Origin: Rhodothermales bacterium
GTDB taxonomy: Bacteria; Bacteroidota; Rhodothermia; Rhodothermales; Bin80
Length of the DNA stretch: 64,000 bases
Assembly: GCA_965261255.1 (NCBI GenBank)
Contig: CBDHCQ010000004.1
Span: 3,507,710 to 3,571,709, forward strand
Direction of reading: 5' to 3'
A program made the position numbers and the translations under genes. Shown here piece after piece: positions 57,621-64,000 of this stretch; position 1 is the first letter of the stretch, and each line of letters starts with the position of its first letter. The notes beneath the pieces are model-generated. The model had not been told where the DNA came from, ran no database searches, and saw only the letters and a program-made list of their open reading frames with translations.

Positions 57621-60077
57621 ATGAACCCTAAACTTTTCTGCCTTGTCTGTGCGCTCGCGTCTGTTGTAGCTGGCAGCACACATGCCCGTCAGCAAAGCGC
57701 TTTGCCGGCGATCCATATTGTTGTTGTGGGTGTTGATGGCCTCAGCCCGGACGGGGTACGCCAGGCGTCCACGCCCCATCTTGATGCTTTGATGGAGCAG
57801 GGGGCCTATAGCTTTAAGGCGCGCGCCGTTCTACCGACTTCCAGCAGCCCGAACTGGGCGTCTATGATTAATGGGGCCGGACCTGAGCAGCACGGGATAA
57901 TCTCCAACGCATGGCAGCCGGACGACTATAGCATTGAGCCGGTGGTCAGTGGGGTGGGGCCAGTGTTTATGAGCATTTTTGATCTGATCGCACTGGCGGA
58001 TCCTGACGCGGTCTCGGCATCAATCTATGATTGGGGCGGTTTTGGCCGCCTGTATAACCGCGACGCGGTAACTATTGACATTGATGCGGATGGACCGCAG
58101 GCTGCTGCCGACAGCGCTGTAGCAGTATTCCACGCTCGCAGACCAGTGTTCACGTTTGTACATCTTGACCATGTAGATGCAGCTGGCCACCGCGATGGCC
58201 ACGGGTCGCCAGGCTACTATGCGTCGGTTGAGGAAGCGGATCGTCTCATAGGTATCATCCTTGAAGGCCTCAATTCTGCTGAAATGCGGGAGTCAGCAAC
58301 GGTCATTATTTCTTCGGATCATGGCGGAGTCGGAACAAGACACGGTGGGGAGAGCATGGCGGAGGTGGAGATACCCTGGATTATCCAGGGCCCGCTCGTG
58401 CCGGCTGGCATCGGCATTGAGAGTCCGATTGACACTTACGATACCGCCGCAACCGTTGCGCATCTATTGGGACTCACGCAGCCCGACGGCTGGATTGGCC
58501 GCCCGGTCTATGAAGCCTTTGCGCTCGAGAGTCCCCCTTCGCCGCCTAGTCCCGCCGGAATTGAGCATGTCGTTGTTGTGGGTGTGGACGGCCTCAGTCC
58601 TGATGGCATTCAAAAGGCCCACACACCGGTTCTGAATGCGCTGATCCCCAACAGTGCGTACAGTTTCCACGCACGAGCGGTGCTGACCACCTCCAGCAGT
58701 CAAAACTGGTCTTCCATGATTATGGGTGCGGGCCCCGAACAACATGGTATTACTTCCAACGAGTGGGAGAGGGATAATTTTTCGATCACCCCTACGGTTG
58801 CGGGGCCTGAGGGTCTCTTTCCGTCCATATTCTCAGAGGTCCGTGCGGCAGAGCCTGAAGCCTACATTGCATCCATCTATGACTGGGGCGGTTTCGGGCG
58901 CCTTTTTCCGTCAAGCACGGTGGATGCCGATATTGATGGTGACGGGCCGCAAGACACCGTAGACAGGGTCTTGGCGCAATTCGTGGAGCACAAACCGCGC
59001 CTGACGTTTGTCCACCTTGATCACGTGGATCACGCGCTGCATTCCTATGGGCACGGGACGGACAGGTATTATGCATCTGTTACGGAAGCTGACAGGTTAA
59101 TCGGTGCAATCATGGAGGGACTGAAGGTTGCAGGTATGTTTGAGCGGACGCTGGTGCTGATATCGTCTGATCACGGCGGATTGGGAAAGGGTCACGGTGG
59201 ATCCTCAATGCAGGAGCTTGAGATCCCCTGGATTGCCCACGGTGTTGGCGTCGCGAAGGGCACAAGGCTGACCGTGCCCATCAACACTTTTGATACAGCT
59301 GCAACGGTACTGTATGCCTTAGGGATTGCGCCTCCGCTTGCCTGGATTGCGCGACCGGTTACGGACGCGTTTGGATCACCTGCAGCGGATGTGTATGTGC
59401 CGGCGCCACGCATCGCACCGGTTGCAAGCCGCAGCCTTCAGCCCGGTCCTATCACAATTTCTATGCAAGTTGATGATCCGCTTGCTGCCATCCACTACAC
59501 CCTGGATGGAAGCGAACCATCGGCGGCATCCCGATTGTACGAAGGGAGTTTTGAGCTAATGTCCAGTACGACTGTTCGCGCAACATCGATGCGGGAAGGT
59601 CACATGAGTATGCATTCGCAGTCTTCCTATCGCTTGTTGGAAGCGGGTGCCACCCGGAACGTGTTTTTTGCCTATTACGAAGGGGAGTGGGACGTACTGC
59701 CCGATTTTGACCAGCTGCAGCCCGTTCAGACCGGAACAGTTTATGAAATTGACCTTATTGGCGTAGATGACCGGCGGGAAGACTACTTCGCTATTCGATT
59801 CGAAAGTGCAATCCGTATTGACGAAGCAGGGCCCCACACCTTCTACTCCCGCTCAGACGATGGTACGAAGCTGTACATCAACGGCGAACTGGTGGTTGAC
59901 AACGATGGCAATCACGGCGCCATTGAGCGTAGCGGCGAGGTTGAGCTTGAGCCTGGTTTAGCTACGATTGTCGTGGAATACTTTGAATCCAGCGGCGGTG
60001 AGCACTTGGAGATATCCATGCAGCGCCCCGGTTCCGCGCGTGAGCACCTCACCGTTGAGCACTTCGTCAGCTACTAG
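57621..60077 (+). CDS. Exported enzyme with two tandem alkaline-phosphatase-superfamily (NPP-like) domains, an Fn3-associated/CHB_HEX_C domain and a PA14 domain
   Basis: Signal peptide from ATG 57621; two copies of VVVGVDGLSPDG / [PT]TSSS[PQ]NW / DHVD / SDHGG; IHYTLDGSEP; SDDGTKLYING.LVVDNDG.H...YFE..GGE. Confidence 0.85.
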   Translation: MNPKLFCLVCALASVVAGSTHARQQSALPAIHIVVVGVDGLSPDGVRQASTPHLDALMEQGAYSFKARAVLPTSSSPNWASMINGAGPEQHGIISNAWQPDDYSIEPVVSGVGPVFMSIFDLIALADPDAVSASIYDWGGFGRLYNRDAVTIDIDADGPQAAADSAVAVFHARRPVFTFVHLDHVDAAGHRDGHGSPGYYASVEEADRLIGIILEGLNSAEMRESATVIISSDHGGVGTRHGGESMAEVEIPWIIQGPLVPAGIGIESPIDTYDTAATVAHLLGLTQPDGWIGRPVYEAFALESPPSPPSPAGIEHVVVVGVDGLSPDGIQKAHTPVLNALIPNSAYSFHARAVLTTSSSQNWSSMIMGAGPEQHGITSNEWERDNFSITPTVAGPEGLFPSIFSEVRAAEPEAYIASIYDWGGFGRLFPSSTVDADIDGDGPQDTVDRVLAQFVEHKPRLTFVHLDHVDHALHSYGHGTDRYYASVTEADRLIGAIMEGLKVAGMFERTLVLISSDHGGLGKGHGGSSMQELEIPWIAHGVGVAKGTRLTVPINTFDTAATVLYALGIAPPLAWIARPVTDAFGSPAADVYVPAPRIAPVASRSLQPGPITISMQVDDPLAAIHYTLDGSEPSAASRLYEGSFELMSSTTVRATSMREGHMSMHSQSSYRLLEAGATRNVFFAYYEGEWDVLPDFDQLQPVQTGTVYEIDLIGVDDRREDYFAIRFESAIRIDEAGPHTFYSRSDDGTKLYINGELVVDNDGNHGAIERSGEVELEPGLATIVVEYFESSGGEHLEISMQRPGSAREHLTVEHFVSY

Positions 60078-60091
60078 CCTCAAATTTGGTA

Positions 60092-61474
60092 ATGGACCAC
60101 GCTATGGGTGCAAGGGCAGAGGTCTCTTCAGCGGATGGCATGCTGACAGAAGGAGACCTCAATGTGTCGAGGCGTAGATCCCGTTGGATGGCTGAGCACA
60201 TAGATGATTCGACGCGCGCGCTGATCGAACAGGATGCTCAGTTCTTTCTACACCAGTCTTTGTCAACACCCTGCCTCAATGTGCTGCGCGCCTGCGAGGG
60301 TGCCAGTATGGAGGACAGGGAGTGCCGGAGTATACTTGATTTTCACGGTAATGCTGTTCACCAGGTTGGTTATCGCCATCCCAGCGTGATCAAAGCCGTG
60401 ATCCGGCAGCTGGAAACGCTGCCGTTTTGTCCGCGCCGCTACACGAATGAGCCGGCTATAGCGCTGGCCGCCAAGTTGGCGGAATTGGCGCCGGGGACCT
60501 TGGGTAAAGTGCTGTTTGCCCCTGGTGGTGCGCTGGCCATGGGCATGGCAATGAAGCTCGCCCGTATGGCCACGGGACGCTTCAAGACCATTTCGATGTG
60601 GGATTCCTTTCATGGTGCCTCTCTAGACACTATTTCCATTGGTGGAGAGGCCTTGTTTCGGCAGGACATCGGACCGCTGCTGCCGGGTACCCATCATGTT
60701 CCTCCCCCCAATGCAGTTGGCTGCCCGTTTGATTGCGGAAATGCGTGCTCACTCAAGTGCGCGGATTATCTGGAGTATGTCCTGGCCAAAGAGGGCGACA
60801 TCGGTGCAGTAATTGCCGAAACCGTGCGCAGTACACCCTTCTTCCCACCCCGCGAATACTGGCAGAAAGTCCGGGCTGCTTGCGACCGACACGGTGCACT
60901 CCTGATCCTGGATGAAATACCCCATGCGTTGGGCCGAACCGGCAAATTCTTTACCTGCGAGCACTATGACATTGAGCCCGACATGATCGTAATCGGCAAA
61001 GGGTTGGGCGGGGGCATCTTTCCACTCGCTGCGCTGATTGCCCGTGAGCAGCTGGATATTGCCGGTGACCGTGCATTGGGTCACTATACACATGAAAAAA
61101 GCCCGGTTGGGTGCGCAGCCGCCTTGGCCACCATCAGCGTCATTGAGGAAGAGGGTCTGCTTGAACATGTCCGTGATCTGGGTACCTGGACACTCGAACA
61201 GCTGAGGGCAATGCAGGCACGACAGCCCGCTATCAGGCGGGTCGAAGGGATGGGGCTGATGATCGGTGTCACTGTTGGAGATGGTGCGGATTCCGTGGCG
61301 TTTGCAGAGGATGTCATGTATCGGGCCCTGGCCTTGGGACTGAATTTCAAACTGACCATGGGAAATACAATTCAGCTTATGCCCGCGCTCACAATCACGC
61401 AGGAGCAAATGCAGCAGGCCCTCAACATACTTGAAATGTCCATTGCGGCAGCTGCAAATCAGGTCATTGAATGA
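60092..61474 (+). CDS. pbfA: (R)-1-hydroxy-2-aminoethylphosphonate ammonia-lyase (class III PLP enzyme)
   Basis: EGDLN; FLHQSLSTPCL; DFHGN.VHQ.G; SFHGASL; DEIP; GKGLGGG; GHYTHEKSP; located in a phnW/phnA/phnY cluster. Confidence 0.85.
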   Translation: MDHAMGARAEVSSADGMLTEGDLNVSRRRSRWMAEHIDDSTRALIEQDAQFFLHQSLSTPCLNVLRACEGASMEDRECRSILDFHGNAVHQVGYRHPSVIKAVIRQLETLPFCPRRYTNEPAIALAAKLAELAPGTLGKVLFAPGGALAMGMAMKLARMATGRFKTISMWDSFHGASLDTISIGGEALFRQDIGPLLPGTHHVPPPNAVGCPFDCGNACSLKCADYLEYVLAKEGDIGAVIAETVRSTPFFPPREYWQKVRAACDRHGALLILDEIPHALGRTGKFFTCEHYDIEPDMIVIGKGLGGGIFPLAALIAREQLDIAGDRALGHYTHEKSPVGCAAALATISVIEEEGLLEHVRDLGTWTLEQLRAMQARQPAIRRVEGMGLMIGVTVGDGADSVAFAEDVMYRALALGLNFKLTMGNTIQLMPALTITQEQMQQALNILEMSIAAAANQVIE

Positions 61475-61609
61475 GGACTCAGCCACGATTTCGCCGCCCG
61501 TCGGGGAGCTCACCGATGCGAAGGCCTCGCTGCGCAATCCCAGACCGTTCTTCCATTCAGGCGGTTAAGGCGGGCCTCAAAAGATGTCCCGGAAAGACAC
61601 ATTTACCTC

Positions 61610-62881
61610 ATGCCGACCAAGCCTAGCACTGACCACATGATCAGCCGCAAGTCTTTCACGGCCAACGGCAAAACGTACAACCCACCCGGTTGTCGGGTGG
61701 CAGTGATCTGCCTGGACGGCTCTTCGGACGAGTACATCAATGCGGCCTTGGCGCACAAGCAGATGCCCAACCTGTCTGCAATGCTGGAGCAAGGGGGCTT
61801 TCGAGGTGTTGCTCGAGCAGCGCTGCCCAGCTTTACCAATGTGAATAATGCCTCAATTGTTACCGGGGTACCGCCAAGTGTCCACGGCATCAGCGGCAAC
61901 TTTTTTCTGGACCCGGATTCCGGCCAAGAAGTGATGATGAATTCCGGCTCCTTCCTGCGCGTGGAGACGATTCTTGCTGAAGCCGCAAGGGCAGGGCGGC
62001 GGGTGGGCGTTGTTACAGCAAAAGAAAAGCTAAGAGATATCCTGTCTCATGGGCTCGCCGGCATCGCATTCTCGGCTGAGAAGGCTGATGAAGCAAAGAA
62101 AATAACCCACGGTATTGATCATGTGGAGGACGTGGTCGGCGCACCCGCGCCTCCCATTTACAGCGCGGAAGCCAGCCTGTTTGTTCTTGCCGCAGGAGTT
62201 GCAATGATGCAACACGGTCTGGCTGATCTCGTGTATCTTTCGCTAACGGACTACATGCAGCACAAGCATGCCCCTGGCAGCGACCGGGCAATAGAATTCT
62301 ACAGCCAGATTGACATTGAAATCGGCCGATTGCTCGCCTGCCGTGCCCTCGTCGCCGCTACCGCCGATCACGGCATGAATGCTAAACAGCATATGGATCG
62401 CACGCCCAATGTGATATACCTGGAGACGCTGCTGACTGAGACCTTCGGAGACGGGTGTGATGTCATTCTGCCCATCACAGATCCCTATGTCGTACATCAC
62501 GGATCTCTGGGATCTTTCGCCGTTGTCCACCTAGCCGAACACATGAACGCAGAGGCGGTTGGGCAATGGATCCTGGGGCTGGATGGCATTACGGAGGTGT
62601 ACCATCGTCGGCAGGCGGCGGAGAAACTCGAACTTCCTGCCGACCGCATTGGCGATCTAGTCGTGCTCTCGGCCAGGGATGTGGTTATCGGGAGAACGCC
62701 TGACCAGCATGATCTGACCGCTGTGGCCAAAGGCCTGCGCTCACATGGAGGGCGGTACGAGGAAATGGTGCCCCTGCTGCTTTCGGAGCCGCTCAAGCCC
62801 CGATATGCTCAATACGCGGACACGGATCCGCGCAACTTTGACGTGTTTGACTTCGCACTCAACGGCACAACCAGAACCTGA
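61610..62881 (+). CDS. phnA: Phosphonoacetate hydrolase
   Basis: VICLDG; PSFTNVNN; GISGNFF; TAKEKL; TDYMQHK; ADHGM; PITDPYVVHH; LRSHGG. Confidence 0.93.
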   Translation: MPTKPSTDHMISRKSFTANGKTYNPPGCRVAVICLDGSSDEYINAALAHKQMPNLSAMLEQGGFRGVARAALPSFTNVNNASIVTGVPPSVHGISGNFFLDPDSGQEVMMNSGSFLRVETILAEAARAGRRVGVVTAKEKLRDILSHGLAGIAFSAEKADEAKKITHGIDHVEDVVGAPAPPIYSAEASLFVLAAGVAMMQHGLADLVYLSLTDYMQHKHAPGSDRAIEFYSQIDIEIGRLLACRALVAATADHGMNAKQHMDRTPNVIYLETLLTETFGDGCDVILPITDPYVVHHGSLGSFAVVHLAEHMNAEAVGQWILGLDGITEVYHRRQAAEKLELPADRIGDLVVLSARDVVIGRTPDQHDLTAVAKGLRSHGGRYEEMVPLLLSEPLKPRYAQYADTDPRNFDVFDFALNGTTRT

Positions 62882-62900
62882 AATTCACCAGTAATCTGCC

Positions 62901-64000
62901 ATGAATACCCAAATGTCAGGCCTTAGCACTCTAGACCTGTCCTGCTACATCGCCGGCCGCGCAGTCCAGACCGGCAACTGGTTGACGGTGGTCAATCCTT
63001 ACACGGGTGAGTCGGCGGGGCGCGTCGCCTGTGTGAAACAAAACCATGTGGAGCAGGCCATCGCGGCTGCGTTGCAGTCCGGCCCGACCCTGTCGCGCTA
63101 TGCGCGCTCTGAAATCCTCATGAAAGCCCGCACTCTTCTTGAGGAACGCGCCGATTCCTTTGCACAACTGATCACTTTGGAGTCGGGGCTGTGTATGAGA
63201 GAGTCCCGGTACGAAGTGGGACGGTCCAGTGATGTACTGCAATTCGCCGCCATGGAGGCGCTTAAGGATGATGGCCAGGTGTTTTCCTGTGACATCTCTC
63301 CCCAGGGAAAGGCTCGCAAAATCTTCACTCTCCGTGAGCCGCATCAACTGGTAGCGGCCATCACTCCCTTCAACCATCCCTTGAATCAGGTCATACATAA
63401 ACTCGCGCCAGCGATTGCCTGCGGTGCGCCTGCGATCCTCAAGCCTTCCGAAAAGACCCCAATGACGGCCATACGATGTGTGGAGCTGCTGTACGAGGCA
63501 GGTCTGCCGGGATGGATGTTAAGCGTGATTATGGGAGATGTGGAAGAAGTCGCAACCCCCCTCGTGGTTGACCCAAGGGTTGAGGTGCTTTGCTTTACTG
63601 GTAGTGTTGCCATTGGCAAGGAGATTGCCTCCCAGGCGGGATACAAGCGGCTCATTCTGGAGCTTGGAGGCAATTCGCCGCTGATTGTGATGGAGGATGC
63701 TAATCTGGATCTGGCTGTAAAACTCGCCACGGAAGGATGTTATCGTAATTCAGGACAGCGCTGCACCGCCGTAAAGCGGTTGCTGATCCATGAGCCTATC
63801 GTGAGCAGGTTTACCGAGCAGTTCGTGGAAGCGTCAAAGGCCTACGTCTGCGGCGACCCCACAGCGGATGAGACGCGGGTGGGAACCGTAATTGATGAGT
63901 CGGCGGCGATTCGCCTCGAAAATGTCGTCGCCCGGGCCACTAGGGACGGGGCAAGAATTCTGCTCGGAGGCCGGCGAAAGGGTGCTCTGTACGTGCCCAC
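62901..64000 (+). CDS. phnY: Phosphonoacetaldehyde dehydrogenase (partial; runs off window)
   Basis: My translation from ATG 62901: ...DDGQVFSCDISPQGKARKIFTLREP...ITPFNHPLNQ...KPSEKTP...FTGS...LELGGN...SGQRCTA; absent from the ORF track because there is no stop in the window. Confidence 0.9.
   Translation, partial: MNTQMSGLSTLDLSCYIAGRAVQTGNWLTVVNPYTGESAGRVACVKQNHVEQAIAAALQSGPTLSRYARSEILMKARTLLEERADSFAQLITLESGLCMRESRYEVGRSSDVLQFAAMEALKDDGQVFSCDISPQGKARKIFTLREPHQLVAAITPFNHPLNQVIHKLAPAIACGAPAILKPSEKTPMTAIRCVELLYEAGLPGWMLSVIMGDVEEVATPLVVDPRVEVLCFTGSVAIGKEIASQAGYKRLILELGGNSPLIVMEDANLDLAVKLATEGCYRNSGQRCTAVKRLLIHEPIVSRFTEQFVEASKAYVCGDPTADETRVGTVIDESAAIRLENVVARATRDGARILLGGRRKGALYVP

Noticed and set aside
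56620-61537. Long antisense ORFs (294 aa at 56620-57504; 262 aa at 60749-61537) and similar shadows over gcvP, aspG and the TBDR
   Set aside because: They lie opposite well-supported genes, lack motifs, and are typical codon-bias shadows
1-64000. CRISPR arrays, rRNA, tRNA, intact transposases or integrases
   Set aside because: None seen on reading: no regularly spaced repeats or cloverleaf-compatible sequence. A covariance-model scan would be needed to exclude small RNAs

Overview
Bacterial chromosome segment, most likely Rhodothermota or another FCB-group lineage. This is inferred from the T9SS C-terminal sorting domains, a PorV/PorQ-type barrel and a carboxypeptidase-domain TonB receptor. 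From left to right: (1) a Cu(I)/Ag(I) cusC-B-A-type efflux operon, headed by a Cys/His-rich leader ORF whose last codons pair with the cusC translation-initiation region; (2) a PLD-helicase-DUF3427 (SauUSI-like) nuclease; (3) housekeeping genes trmB, aspG, ruvA and murJ; (4) a decayed defence hotspot with an ISL3-like remnant, an intact AbiE-type toxin-antitoxin pair with its operator, and an mrr fragment; (5) further housekeeping genes (yqgE, folE, queD, hinT, coaE, PhoR/PhoB-like pair, SLC12-like permease, glgA, creD, gcvP, rnc, class A beta-lactamase-like, hisG, hisE); (6) from 39.4 kb to the right edge, a locus of about 25 kb. This last locus couples a SusD-less TonB receptor, T9SS cargo proteins, a dedicated PorV-like barrel and a foldase to a DeoR/AgaR-type regulator and an aminophosphonate catabolic operon (phnW, tandem alkaline-phosphatase/PA14 enzyme, pbfA, phnA, phnY truncated by the window). 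The best candidates for undescribed systems are this putative phosphonate-conjugate utilisation locus and the putative metal-sensing leader peptide/RNA hairpin switch on the cus operon. All calls come from motif recognition by eye; no database searches were run.
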